From: Takakia lepidozioides
Lineage: Eukaryota; Plantae; Bryophyta
Direction: 5' to 3'
DNA length: 64,000 bases
NCBI GenBank assembly: GCA_030704615.1
Contig: CM060732.1
Span: 744,001-808,000, forward strand
The position numbers were made by a program, and so were the translations under genes. Positions within the stretch are counted from its first letter, which is position 1. Every line of letters starts with the position of its first letter. The notes under the pieces are model-generated. The model saw only the letters and a program-made list of their open reading frames with translations. It made no database searches and had not been told where the DNA came from. Positions 13,870 through 27,262 of the stretch are shown here, one piece after another.

Positions 13870-14605
13870 GCTTCTTTAAAGCTCACTTCTCTCTGTCGGC
13901 CACTGTCTCTATCTCCTCTCTGGTTCAGCACAGTATACTGATTCACTAATCTCTGTCTTGTGGCGACTGGAGGAACCACATGGAATGGAAAAGCTTGAGA
14001 GAACCTTTATCATGACACGAGAATCCCTGCATAAATTCCTACATAGAAATAGTCCTCCCTTGTGTGAGCTGCCTGTGTTGCATGCAACTGAAACGCGAGC
14101 ATTGAATGCTGGAGCCGTGCCCTAACCGCTCTTCCTGTCACCGTGAACTACAACAAACAACCCCATCTTCCGCTACTCACAAACCCTAATATGGACGGAC
14201 CCGATTGTAGATCGAAGCTAGTAGTATTTTCACAAAAAGAAAAAAGAAAAAAATTGGTGTTTTAGTGACGGGCTGGCCTGCCTTTTTCCACTTATAATGC
14301 CTCTAGTCTTCAAACAGTTTCCGTTCATAATTTGCTGTTTTCGTAAGAGATGTTCTTATTAGGGTAGAGAGCCCAATAGTCGTGCAAATAGTAACTTATT
14401 GGAGTTATTTCCTAGGGTGAAATAAGGTGAAATGCTATATTATAGACTTTTCTGAAGGGGGTTCACCTTTTTTCTTCTTTTGTTTTTTGATAAAAAGGGG
14501 TTGTAGCCCTGATTATTTTATTATATTTTTGGTTGGCCCTGTTTTTTCCAGAACAGGGTATTTTTCCCTGATTAATTTTATTCATAAATTATTGAGGGTT
14601 CACCT

Positions 14606-16544
14606 CAGTGTTTTTATTTCTGGCGAAATTTCGCACTTTTTCGACCTGGCCATCCCTCTTGCGACAGGTGTAAGGGAAAAAAATTATTAAATTTCAGATT
14701 TTTCGCCCAAAGACAGGCCATCACTCTGGCCTGATTGCGCCTTGCTCTATCACGAGTGGCTACGATTCGCCCACATTAGCGAGATGATGGGCTTCGTGGC
14801 AGCCTGCAACCGCCCTCCTGGCAAGTGCTCTCGCCCGCTCAATCATCTCCCAGTCTTACAGTATCGCCACTCACTCCTCCTCTCACACATAGGGTTTCGG
14901 TATAGCCGTGGAACCTTCTCATTCCTTCTGTAGCAGATTTTGGGCTATGGGTATTGTATACCCCAATTCTGGACACGCCATGATGCTGACATGGGGTTTC
15001 TTCACCATCTCAATGCCATCAAGGCAACATATTGCTCTCCTAAGCGGGCTGGTAATATGATTGTTCCAGCTCTTTTGAATGCACAAGATTTGGACTTGCA
15101 TGCTTCTTTGTTTAAGATGACAATGAAGAACAATTGTGTCATGGCTTTGGAGAAGCCCATTGAGCTGAACCCTCTCACCAAACTGTGGCAAAATTTGGGA
15201 AGTTCCCAAGTGTTGACAGCCAAGACCCTGAGTACATGAAGATCGCTGAAATAGCTATAGCACAGGTTATAGGCAGTGTGGAAGACGAGCGAATAGTTTT
15301 GGCTATTGTTCAGTTTTTACTGTAGCAGTTTTAGCGATGTGAGTTATATGGTTGTAAACAGATTGGCGAAATTATACTAGTGTGGGGCAGATTGCATTCA
15401 TTCATCAATCATGCAAACCCCACCCAAAGCAACAATACACACGCAAGCATTACATGTCCAAGTCAATGTTAGAAACCAAAATACAATCAGAGCATAACAA
15501 ATAACATGAACAATGAACCCCAATCCGTAAGGACTTCGGCCAATCCGACATGAGTGACCCGCACCCTACAACCCAACCCAGCCTACACATACACACAAAA
15601 CCAAAAATGCAATGAAGCTCATGCCTGCTAGACTCCAAACAGTAATGTTGATCTTCACCTGCAATAGAACAAGAATGACCATGCCCAAAGAAAAAGAGAA
15701 CATAATTGAAATATGAGAGCAAAAATAAACATTTTGTCAGATTGTCATTACTCTTTGTGGCAGCCCCTATGCATTGAAAGCATAGCGAGTCTTGGCATCT
15801 TTCCACTGCACAATACACTCTCCGAAAGGGAAAGTGTCAATGGTAAAGACCTTATGTGCAAACATGTAATTACTAATTCAACTCCCTTCACCGTTGTTGT
15901 TCCTGTCCTTGGCTCAAAGTTCTGCAAGAATTGTAACATGTACTGTCTATGGTGCAATGTCCAATCTATGCTTTGCAATCCTTGCAATCTCAGCTCCTTC
16001 AGTATCTGTATCGTCTGTGGGGTAGCAATCGTTTGTTTCTGTAGAATTGTGGTGCTCTTCACCCTGATTTCCTCCATTCCTCTCACTCTCTTCATTTTAG
16101 ACCCACAGAAATGTTTTGGTTGTAACAACTGCAGAAATGCCTGTAGTGCACAAAGCATAAACGTATGGTTGCCACAAAAAGCTATGGGTAATTTCTTGTA
16201 AGCCTGCGGAGCTTGCAAGCATCGATCAAGAGAAAAGCTCCGCTCTGTTCTTTCGTGTCTATGCCACTGCGTAAGTAATATTGCGAGCGTATAGTCTGTT
16301 AGTTCCTCCATAGCTTCAAAGCTATAGCATTGATGGTTTGTCCCCTATTCTTGAGCTTTGACTTGACAAAAGTGAGATTGCTAACACAAGACAATTCACA
16401 GTCGCCTTCTTCACTTACACATGAGCAGTAAAAATCGCCTTCATTTTCAATGATCAATCCTGCTTTATAGCCACAACTGCCCACTTCACTGCTCAGTTTG
16501 TCGCCAGTAGAGCAACATGCATAAGACCCAAAAAAAAAACACTG
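14606..16544. mobile_element. Non-autonomous hAT DNA transposon (1939 bp)
   Basis: TIRs CAGTGTTTTT (14606) and AAAAACACTG (16544). Perfect 8-bp TSD GTTCACCT at 14598-14605 and 16545-16552. Contains remnants of a hAT C-terminal dimerisation-type transposase. Confidence 0.9.
14925..15293 (+). pseudogene. hAT (ZNF862-like) transposase C-terminal remnant
   Basis: ...LNAQDLDLHASLFKMTMK...NPLTKLWQNL.../YMKIAEIAIAQVIGSVEDER (frameshifted). The continuation lies on the minus strand at ~16384-16343 (SNLTFVKSKLKNR) and ~15880-15767 (MFAHKVFTIDTFPFGECIVQWKDAKTRYA). Confidence 0.75.
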
Positions 16545-17752
16545 GTTCACCTTATTTATGAGCTGCACTAATATTCAGCACATTGAATTGCACCCTGTTA
16601 TAATAATAATAATTGCTCTTTTAAAAAGTTACAGCATTCTAAACATATGGGGGTATATCTATTGAGAGACACATTGAGAGAACTTAAGCTACTCATAATT
16701 GTTCACGCAAAATTCAGTATAAACGGTGCAAAATAGCCCTATTATCGCGCAATCAGATTTGGACGTTGCGCAAGAAGCCCTAATGTTACGACTAGCTTTT
16801 GGCACAATAATTCCAAACTGATGTGTTACAGCCCCTTTTTTTTAGGCAAAAAATAGCCAAAAAACTACAAATACGTGGAGGCATTCCCCCAAAGAAGGTG
16901 GGGCAAAATTTTGTCGTCTTCAACCACTTCAGCCATGTTTACACAAACGAGATCCTTCTGAGTTTGCTGATGTCTTCTTTCGCTGCCCTATCCTGCCACA
17001 AACTTCACACTCTTTTATTCTGCTGGCAGATTCTGGGCATGTATAGCTGCTATATTTATGCATCAGACAACAAATTGTACCCCATGCAAGCCCAAACTTC
17101 TTCATGTGGGCCAAACATGCACAAAATTGCAATTTACAATGGAATGCAACATGTTCATGTGGGCAAGATACAAAAACAATTCGATTTGGAATGTGAGTGG
17201 AGAGTGTCGGGGTAGGGACGCATTTCGAAAGCATGGAGAGAACTGCTGTACGAGGAAATGCACGATGAGGGTAGCAAAACCCTCGATTGGGGTGGCAGTG
17301 TATGTGACGATGTGACATATATCCCAACGTCCATTCGTTTCGTCATCGTTCCATTGATGTATGCTTGGGATACCACGTATGCTTGGGATACCATGTACTA
17401 TGGGGGATGGAGGACGATGCCAGACATGAGGGCAGGATGGGAGGCGGGATGGGGCATGTGTCATGTCCCCGCGGCGGTACATGAGGCACGGGAGGGCGTG
17501 CCGCGCGGCCGCTGCGGGCGAGGGAGTGGGGGGGGGGGGTGGGCGTGGGGTGGCGGGGGGTCCACGCTGGCTGAACCGGGCCCCTCGCATTCAACTCCAG
17601 GGCCTCATCTATTACTTGGCGATCATCTCAGTTGGGAGAGACGGGACTGATGAACATGTAATCTATTGACATCCACGTTGGAATTGTATTTTTGGTATGT
17701 CATCACCCTTAGCTGATCAGTGGCTCAGATCTAGGAGGACTCGTGCCATGGG

Positions 17753-18924
17753 TAGGGAATTCCAAAAAGGCCTTGATGTGAAATTCATTGCAATTCACTT
17801 GATCACCCCCCAATTCAATTGAATTGCAAGGGCAATTCAATTGAACTGCTAAAACTAGCTTGAAAACAACCCTAATTTGCAATTCAATTGAATTGTCGGC
17901 ACACGATTCAATTGAATTGCTGACTACAATTCAATTGAATTGTAATCTATAATTTTTTAACTTTTTTTTGTATATATTGTGTATATATATATATATATAT
18001 ATATAAATTATACATATACGCATACAAAAGTATAAGCTAAAAATACATGTTGCCCGTCCATTCTTGCCGTCCGTCTGTCAATTCTTTGCCCGTGGTAAGG
18101 CTTGAGCCCGAGATAAGCCTAAGGGAGAGTGAGAGAGGGAGAGAGAGAGGAAGTCACGAAGCGCTTGTAAAAGCGGGATTGTCTCTCTTTGTGGATGTTG
18201 GTGCTGATATATGGCTATGTACATATACCAAACATGATACCAATATAAGAGTATCAACGTGTAAGCGTTTGATATATTAAACTTAATATGGAACACACAT
18301 CCCAACTTCAACATGATACCTTTGTAAGGGTATCAAAACAATATTATTTTTGATAATTCTCAAGATGAACATATTTTTTGTTTTCTTTGTCCTGGCCAGA
18401 TACTAGTGTTAGGGGACTACATGATGATGCACGGGAAGCCTTTCATCAAATGTCAGGTTTGATTTTGTGTGTTTCTTTCGGAGCCAGCCATGTTTCTTTT
18501 GCCAATGAATCATAGGAAGCTGCTGATCTCTCTCCGTCTCTGGCTCTCCCTTTCTCGCTGAGGGTGAGGGTGGCTTCACAACTCCACAATTTCCTCAAGG
18601 GCACAAGAAAGAGGGCCAGCAAGAATAGAGGGGCAACATGTATTTTTAGCTTATACTCTTATATGTGTATAAGTATAATTTGAATATATACATATACATA
18701 TATATTATATATTATATACAGAAATAAGTAAAAATTATAGATTACAATTCAATTGAATTGTAGTCATCAATTCAATTTAATTGCCAACTAGCAATTCAAT
18801 TTAATTGCAAATTAGGGTTGTTTTCAAGCTAGTTTTAGAATTGCCCTTGCAATTCAATTGAATTGCACACTTTAAGGGGGGTGATCAAGTGAATTGCAAT
18901 GCATTTCACATCAAGGCCTTTTTG
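17753..18924. mobile_element. Non-autonomous long-TIR element (element A)
   Basis: Left end TAGGGAATTCCAAAAAGGCCTTGATGTGAAAT. The right end is its reverse complement but lacks the last ~10 bp. The ~300-bp imperfect TIRs are rich in CAATTCAATTGAATTG palindromes. Direct repeat GCCATGGG at 17745-17752 and 18925-18932 is a candidate TSD. Confidence 0.85.
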
Positions 18925-20075
18925 GCCATGGGCTTTGGGATGCCACTATTGTTGCAACTTGCCAAAGGTCGTAGGGAATTCCAAAAAGGCCTTGATGTGA
19001 AATGCATCGCAATTCACTTGATCAGTGCGCAATTCAATTGAATTGCAAGGGCAATTCAATTGAACTAACCCTAATTTGCAATTCAATTGAATTGCCAATT
19101 GAATTACGAGTCAACAATTCAATTGAATTGCCAATTCGCAATTCAATTGAATCGCTAGTTGGCAATTCAATTGAATTGCTGACTACAATTCAATTCAATT
19201 GTAATCTATAATTTTTAACTTATTTTTGTATCTAATATATAATATATTATCATATATATATGTATATGTATATGCATCGTATACACATATACATACGAGA
19301 GTATAAGCTGAATATACATGCTGCCCGTCTATTCCTGCTGCCCGTCCATCCTTTGCTTGTGGTAAGGCCTGAGTCACGAGATGAGTCGCATAGCCTAAAG
19401 GAGAGAGATGAGAGAGAGAGAGTACGAGAGCGAGGGAAAGGGAGAGAGAAATGAAGTGATGAAGGCTTTTTAGGGCAGAGGTGCCCTAAAAGTGAAAGGA
19501 TCAAATCAGTTGGAGGACGAGAAGTAGCGAGAGAAGAATGCAATAGCAAGAGATTTGTGGAGCGGTGGTGGAGCGGTGGTGGCGCTATGTATGATGGAAG
19601 CCTTCTTGGATCACCAAATGACAAGATCTGCCCATGAGTAAGCACATTCCCATACTGGCATGAGTTCCCCAATCATTGATAAAGATATCATTTTAGCTAA
19701 AGCTGTACTTCTTATGTACGTGCAGGTGACTCATGAGCTTTGAGGAGAGAACTTTAGGGGTAGTAGAGTGGGTTATCAAACGCTCCTCAACACACACGCT
19801 GAAAGAAAGAGCTTGATCACGTGGTTTGTCTTCAACCCGCCCACACTGTGTGTTGTGGTTTGCTAATACATTTTAGGATAGAGTAGTTGTTGTTTCAAAG
19901 TACATTTGGTTCATCTACTTGATAGCCTATGTGAACTTTAGTGATGTAAGTCCTATGGGGAGTGTGTGAGTGGATGCAGTGACTACAGAATTAACAGCAA
20001 ACAATTACAACAAGGGCAAGGTCGAAGGCATTGGCACTGGGGCTATTAAGCAGAGATAAGACAGATCATGTGAGC

Positions 20076-21765
20076 ATGGAAAACAACCATTTGGATGGTG
20101 ACAAAGTAGTGGATGATTTAGTACTTTATGTGGAAGCAATGTTGAATGAGGGTGCCACAATGAAATCAATCGCCACTGCCCTTTCTTTTGATGATGTACG
20201 ACCATTGAGAATATTGCTATCAGAAGTCCAAGGGTCTCCTTTCAAAGTTCATCATCAATTGAGTGTCCAACGCTTGTGTGAAAAGATTCAAGAGTTACTT
20301 CCTATTGAAGAGAATGGGACAAATTGGGGAATGAGAACAGTGCAATCTGCCTTAAGGAGGTCAAATTGGCGGATTCCTCGAAGGAAGGTGGGGGAAGCTT
20401 TGAAAATCATCTCACCCTACCATTATGAGCGTAGGAGAAGGGCACAGGCAATTCGGAGAACTCAGTATAATGTCACAATGCCTATGGCTCTATGGCACAT
20501 TGACTGTAAGTATTTTATCTCATGCATCTTAATGTTCTTTGAAGATGCACATGCAAGACGTTTTCTTGCATTACATATCGCACAAAATTGTAGGCAAACT
20601 AAAACATGTATGCAATTCGTGGTGCAGCTTATGACAAATTGGTTATGTTTGGTCTTCGAGTACATGCTGGCATTGATGGGGCCTCTCATTTTGTTTTATG
20701 GGCGAACGTTGCAAGAAACAAGAAAGAAAAAACCATTTTCAAAAGATATCACGATGCAGTTTCCAAGTTTGGATCACCTTTACGAATTCGATCTGTTGCA
20801 GTAGAGCACTCTCTTATAAAACAACACATTGAAGCCACACGTTCTGAAACACCCAATCCGTACTTGACTGGGTCTTCCACACACAATCAGGTTAGTGTTC
20901 TATACAATTCTATCTTGCATATCAACTTTACATTTCTGTCATATTTCTTGGTTCATCTTTATTAATCATTGAGTGTGTAATGTTGTGCATATTTCTAATA
21001 TTTTGTGTGGTGTAATCACCACGTTAGAGGATTGAACACTTTTGGCGGCATCTATGGGAGAAGGTAATGTTCTACTACAAAAATTGCTTCCAAGCAATGG
21101 TCAATGATGGATTATTGGATATGGACGATCCGTGGCAACGGGAATCTTTTATTGACGTATATATGCCCATAGTACAAGAAGTTGTTGATGAATACGTGAA
21201 GATTTGGAATGGACATCGAGTTCGCACGATTAATGAAAACGGTCGATATCGTCGATCACATGTTCCTGCTCGTTTCTTTCGCGAGTATGAACGTTTGCAT
21301 GGGTAAGCTCATGGTTTTCTCTTGTTTATACTTTCATTCTTAAGCTACAATTTACATTGGAATGTTATTCTAATGTGGTGATGTGTTTGATCATGTAGAT
21401 GGACCAGCCACCTTATTGATGACCCACGATTTAGGGAAGACCCCCAACACATTGGTAACCAAGACTTGGGGCCTCGTGGGAATCAAAGGTGGCGATGTGC
21501 AGGTGGTTTGCATGACCTTCCCACCAAAGGAGCTGAACTCATTCCTGACATGGTTCGTGTCCGTGCACAAGCTTATGAAATTGGAAAGGTTGGGAAGGAT
21601 TCGATCTCTTGTTTTCATCTCCACTACTACATGTCTCGGTATTGTGGTTTGGCAACGCATGAACATAGATATTTTGATCAATTGGACCTCATTGGTAAAA
21701 CCGTGTTAAGTAGGGAAGCTCTCCAACTTTTAATTACACAAGCTCTTGTATGTAATTGTGATTAA
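20076..21765 (+). CDS. Spliced IS3EU-like (integrase-core DDE) transposase; second catalytic Asp appears missing
   Basis: Exons 20076-20505, 20628-20890, 21028-21302, 21399-21765 join in frame through GT-AG introns. Motifs RRTQYNVTMPMALWHIDSYDKL..GLRVHAGIDGAS, FGSPLRIRS, TGSSTHNQRIEHFW, GLLD, WNGHRVRT match the eukaryotic integrase-core family. The true start may lie upstream. Confidence 0.8.
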
Positions 21766-22539
21766 GTGAATAAGTGGGACAATCACATTCAAAGATAATT
21801 GTTTTATGTCACGTACTTTGAGGATTTTTGTTAAATAAATGTCATCTTTTCCCTTCATCATATCCATTGTCCATATTGAACCATACACCCTAAACCATTA
21901 TCATCTCCCAACCATACTACTTGGGGGCAGGGCCTGGGTTGTACGATCTCTGGAGGGTTGTGAAATTGTTGGGTTTCATTGTGAAGTGCACAGCGTGAGG
22001 CTCATGAGGCCGCCTTTTATCTCCAACAATCTTTGTCTGCCCTACATATGAGATAATGATGACCAACTTGCCTCATTTTCAAGAACCCTCTATTCATAAT
22101 CTAAGAATTTTGCATACAGTAATAAAAATCTGAATATACACTCATGGAGACACGAATATTCAACCAGGACTTATAGCTGCACCTTTGTCTCTTATATGCC
22201 ATGTAGCTTGAGTTTAAAATCTGATAACTTGTGTTTTGTTGATTGGAGTCATGGTTTCTCCAACTGCTGTATAGCTTCCATAGCCACCGAGAGGTCTATC
22301 TCTCCACGTTCTGGAACACTCCTGTAGCATGTACAACCACAAAGTGGAATTTTTTTGCTTCCATGTAACATTTGTTTTTCTCACATAAGTGGTCAACAAC
22401 CTTACACTTGGCATGATGATGATAGGTATGACAGGTATGATGATGAATGGTATCACTTGGCATGATAGGTTAGGAGTCTACTTTGAGATGCCCAAGTCAA
22501 GTTTCAACCTCTACTGAATGGACGCCCTTTGCGCAGATG

Positions 22540-22945
22540 TAGCGGTATAGCGCTTGATTACAACGGAACTTAGTTAGTTTTGGTAAATTAGTCTATATGC
22601 AGGTAGAGGTATCGTCATTGGGTACTAGCCCTGTTTGGTATACTCACAGAGGTACAACGCTTGATCCAAAGAAACTTAGTCAAAACTAGACTATATGTAG
22701 GTAAGGGTATCGTTATGAGGTAGTTTCCCTGTTTGGTATACCTACAGAGGTATAGCGTTTGATTTACAAATAAATTTTGCTAAATCAGTGTATATTTATG
22801 TGGAGGTATTGTCATGAGGTAGTAGCCCTGATTAGTATACCAATAGAGGTATAACGCTTGATTTACAAAGAAACTTAGCTATATATGCTAGTAGAGGTAT
22901 CGTCATTATGTAGTAGTGATCCTCTTTGGTATACCTATAGAGGTT
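22540..22945 (+). repeat. ~100-bp tandem repeat (about 4 copies)
   Basis: Unit gaggtatcgtcatgaggtagtagccctgtttggtatacctacagaggtatagcgcttgatttacaaagaaacttag, with divergence. Confidence 0.85.
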
Positions 22946-24607
22946 GGTGCATTTGTGAGTTGAGATCCATTAAACAATGGGAATTTTTGGAATTCCCTGC
23001 ACGTTGTGAGGAATTGGCAGGGTTTTGTCACCAATGCTCAAGTGTCACACGGTTAGCAGTCTTCCATTGTGTGCTGGCTTAATTCTTCAGTAACCTACTT
23101 GAGCTCTAAACTTCTGAAAAAAACACCCGGATTGGCTTACTTGAGGTATACAATATGGCCACTTTAGAGATACGCTATACATGTGAGCATAAATGCTTGT
23201 CATTTTTCAGAGAGCGCCGGCAGTCTGAATGAAGATACTGTAACTATGATATATAAGAAACGATAGTGTAGAGAAATTCCCTGGCAGTGGGCTTCAGTTA
23301 CAAGGAATAAATTGACTAGCATTCTACCTGCATGAGGCACTCCATCGCCAAGCAATGTTTGGGTTTCTTAGACTGGGGGTTACATTGTGACGCACTCCTG
23401 TGGTCGCAACAAACTTCTGCTTTCTCTTTCCTTCTTTCCTCTCTCGTTGACATAGAAAATTGAGAGAGGTTATGGTATGGGAGAAGAGAGAGGGGATGCA
23501 ATTGACATCATGATGAGTTGAAGGGGGGAGCAGAAGGAAGTGGTAAATTCGCAGAGAAGCACAGAGGTCCCCGGGAGACTTACTTTTGTAGTTGCAGCGT
23601 GAAGTGAAAGCCAGGGTGGGTAGTATGGCTGTCGATGAGTTCAGGGCGAGTTATGCTAGTGAGACAGCTGGAAAGAAAAATGTTAAAACAAAAAATAAAG
23701 CTTCGTAAAAAATAGTCAGCCATGTCAAATTTGCCTGAAATGTGTGTGTGCGCTGTCTTTGTAATTCAACAGATATGGACCAAGAATTATCACTTGGCTT
23801 CACTCGCTGAAAAGAACACGAGAGAAGTCTCCTTCCTTATGCTTCCATCACCAGGAAGTGAGTTGCTGACTTCCTTGGAGTTATTGAGAAACAATGGTAT
23901 CATTTCGATTCAATTTTGGCTGCTGTCATTATGGCACGATCTCCTAAACTTCTAGCGCGTGTTCCGTTTGTTCACTTTCAATAATGGGCTTCATGGTGGT
24001 TATCTTTTTAGGTTCTTAACAGGCTTATTAGCATATTAATGGGCTTTCAATAATGGGCTCCATTCCCCTTCTAACATCTTCAAAATAACCATAATAACGG
24101 TAATTTGGTGTGTTAAGTTGTCCCTAACACCCATCCAAAATTATGTTATTTATTTCCATCTATTTCCACCCTTTTTATTTTGCCAACTTAACCTTAGGTG
24201 AGATTTCAACCCACAATGCAGATTTGTGCTTGCTGGTCTTGCATGGAGGAGATATGACGGAGCGGCATATTGTTGGCGAGACAGATGCAATTGTAAGTCC
24301 ATTGCTATGCGAACTTCAGGAATTGACAAGGTCTTGTTTTGATTATGTTCTGGATGTAATGTTTGGGACTGAGCTTCGGGGAATCCTTGCACTTCCTCTC
24401 TTTTCTCCCGGTCTGGTTTTCCTTCTTGTACTATTTTATCCTCATCTCTGCAGTTTTCTATACCTTTATCTTCTATGTATTGACATTTGATTGAAATTGT
24501 AGACCAGCAAGCCAGGAGAGCAACGATGGGCTCTCTCCTTTCTAATCAGAATGTGTTTGGCAGAAATTACGACATCTTTTTGACCCAGCATATTCAAAGA
24601 TTAAGCT

Positions 24608-25105
24608 AGCATCGAAACCTATCCTTACTTCCAGCGTGAATCATTGGTGAATTTCTACCAGAAGCATGGGATAGCTGTCACTGCCCACACGCCATTGGGT
24701 GGTGGGGTTGATAACACGGAATTTGTTGGGCACCGTTTCGTGTCTTGATGACGCTGTTCTTCAGGTTTGCATCTTCCCTAAGTGCTCCCTTATGAATTAT
24801 TGACTTCAGTTGTGATTCACTACTCTATGTAAGGCGTGATCTCTCGCTTCCCTCTCTCGAACACACACACTATAAACACACTACATGGATTGCCAAGAAA
24901 GTACAACAAGACACCGGCACAAATTGCGATGCACTAGGGCATTGAGCACAAGACAATTGTCATTCCTAAGTCAGACAAGATGGAGAGATTGAAGTAGAAC
25001 CTTGATGTCTTTGACTTTGAGTTGACCGATGATGATATCAAGCCCTTGACAAAAGCCTGCGCACCAACGACCCTGAGAAATTTTTGTGTATCAATCTCTT
25101 CTGAG
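24608..25105 (+). pseudogene. Aldo-keto reductase fragment (mannose-6-phosphate reductase / sorbitol-6-phosphate dehydrogenase type), 3' exons only
   Basis: IETYPYFQRESLVNFYQKHGIAVTAHTPLGGG...VSCLDDAVLQ, intron from 24765, then KYNKTPAQIA...IVIPKSDKMERLK*NLDVFDFELTDDDIK...LRTNDP. Stops and frameshifts. Confidence 0.85.
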
Positions 25106-26029
25106 GATGAGTTTGACTGGTGGGTGTTGCTTACAATCTAAATATGTTTGCATGTTTCATCTGCACCTTGAGACACTAACCAATTTCATACTGCCAAGCC
25201 CTTATAGTGCCAATATATGGCTATGTACATATACCAAACATGATACCACTGTAAGAGTATCAACGTCTAAGAGTTGATATATTAAACTCTCTATCGAACA
25301 CACAACCCAATTGCAACATGATACCTTTGTAAGGGTATCGAAACAAGATTATTGGAGATAATTCTCGAAATGAACATGTCATTTGTTTTCTCTGGGGTTG
25401 TGTCATGGGGGCCAGATACTAGTGCCAGGGGACTACATGATGATGCAGGGGAAGCCATTCATCAATTGTCAGGTTTGAAATTGTCTGTTTCTTTCAGAGC
25501 TAGCCATATTTCTTTTGCCAGTGAATCAAAGGAAGCTGAAGCACTTCTGAGTAAGCCATCTGTCTCCCAAAGGGTCCCCCAAAAAATGAGATGGAGCTAG
25601 CCCTGGCATGCACATCAAACCCATTTAGCTCACAAGCTGTTTAAGGAGGTTTGCATAAACATTTGGCCAAGGTTTGAGGGCTTTGGCTCATTCCAACAAC
25701 AGTATTTACCAAAGCACATAACGTGCTTGTAATAACACTCGGGTTGCATGTGGGGTTCATGGGATGCTGAATGGAAGTTGAGGAATTTCAAAGGCTGGAG
25801 TGGGAATCGAGAGCATGAATGCTGAGTTCTGCAATAGTGATGAGATTATGGTTGTAGTGCAACGTTGTAGTGGGTTTGTTATTGGCAGCCCAACACTTGC
25901 AAGCCACATGCCCACTCCTATGAAGGTGTGACTGGTGATCTAGTGACCAGTCACTTAGTCAAACCAGCGATAATGGATTGTGATGACAATATAGGGATCC
26001 GACATGCCAGCCTTGGCATTCCTGGCAAG

Positions 26030-26219
26030 GGATGTGCACGACGTAATCGCAGGTGCGGGAGGGCTTTTGTGCGTGGAAGGGTGCCGACAGCCAAGGTCAC
26101 ATGCAGACGAGAATGATCCACCCTATATGTGTGATTGGGATTTTTGTTTTCCTCCACAATCTATCATGGTTGTTTGCAACCCTGTAACAGAGGACTATAC
26201 ATTTGTCCCGCCTTTATGA
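26030..26219 (+). pseudogene. F-box (kelch/beta-propeller type) gene fragment
   Basis: VIAGAGGLLCV...IMVVCNPVTEDYTFVPPL matches the plant F-box-associated GLLC...VCNP.T...LPP signature. Flanks are degenerate. Confidence 0.55.
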
Positions 26220-26919
26220 AAGCATTTGGAAAGCAAGGTACACTAGCTACATCCGTTCACTTATTTGTCTCGGACAACCTCTTCATCTTTCAGATCTTGG
26301 GTTGATATGTGATTGTCTTCAGACATATTTATTTTCGGGATAGTGGACATTTCAATTCTTTCCCTCTTCTTTCCTCTTTGGTTTCATTGCTATGCATCTT
26401 GCAATGTAAGTTTGCAACTCCATACATGATCAGTTTTGGCAGGTGGCTCGCATGGATTTGAACCGCTCATGCGACAAAGGGTACACCATCATTGTTGTGG
26501 GGTACAACAACTCTCAGGTTTTGGCACGAGACAGGCCTGATGTCTTGGAGATGGTGGTTGCCATCTAGAGGGGAGTGGGTGTATTGGCATGATACTAGCG
26601 GGTTGCGAACCAATAGTTGTGGACAAAGCTCGTTGGCACTTATCGAGGGAATTATTTGCATTAGTTGGACTTCGCAGATGTAGAGACCAGCAGTTTGCCT
26701 TCAGGTCATAAGTTTTCTGGACGACAATCAATTGATTATTGAAGCCCCACTCCTTCTGCAAGCACCGCTCAAGGCAAAGTTCCATGTAGACGTCAGGAGA
26801 TCCTTGGAGCGATACAGCCAAGCAGCAACCACCAAGGCCATTAATTTGTTGGTGCATATTCACATCATTTAGGAGTTTTTGTGTCTCTAACAAGAACCCC
26901 CTGTCTGTCATAATCATAC

Positions 26920-27262
26920 CTTGAGAAGTTCGGCATCAACATAATTTGTTGCTAGCTACTAGTAGTGTCTAAGTTCCTGTTCCTGGGGATCCCATAGAGC
27001 AATACACCCTGTCCAGTAGATAACAAATCACAGGAAGGCATATAACCTGATCCACTGTTCGTCCTTCATATGTACAGTAGTTTGCAAAACATAACATTTG
27101 TGAGAGGATCATCAATTACCTCAAGTGCCTCAGTTGATGCCAACACGAAGGACGAGTGAGCAGGGTTCATAATAGGCAGTTCGATGGACTCTCGAGGCTC
27201 CATAATCTGTTCACTTAGCCCTCCAACAGCAGAGTAACTCACATTCCTCGCGTCCTCGCATG
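26920..27262 (-). pseudogene. RPT4: 26S proteasome AAA-ATPase RPT4 fragment (2 exons + intron)
   Basis: [32 protein letters not shown], then a degenerate GVLLYG.PGTG.T...DA.FLK|gtatg. Confidence 0.8.

Noticed and set aside
15713-16311. Overlapping 162-aa and 187-aa ORFs inside the hAT
   Set aside because: No motifs; the recognisable transposase peptide is in a different frame.
24230-24400. Exon-like helical peptide (LQELTRSCFDYVLDVMF), possibly a tethering-complex gene fragment
   Set aside because: Cannot be assigned without a search.
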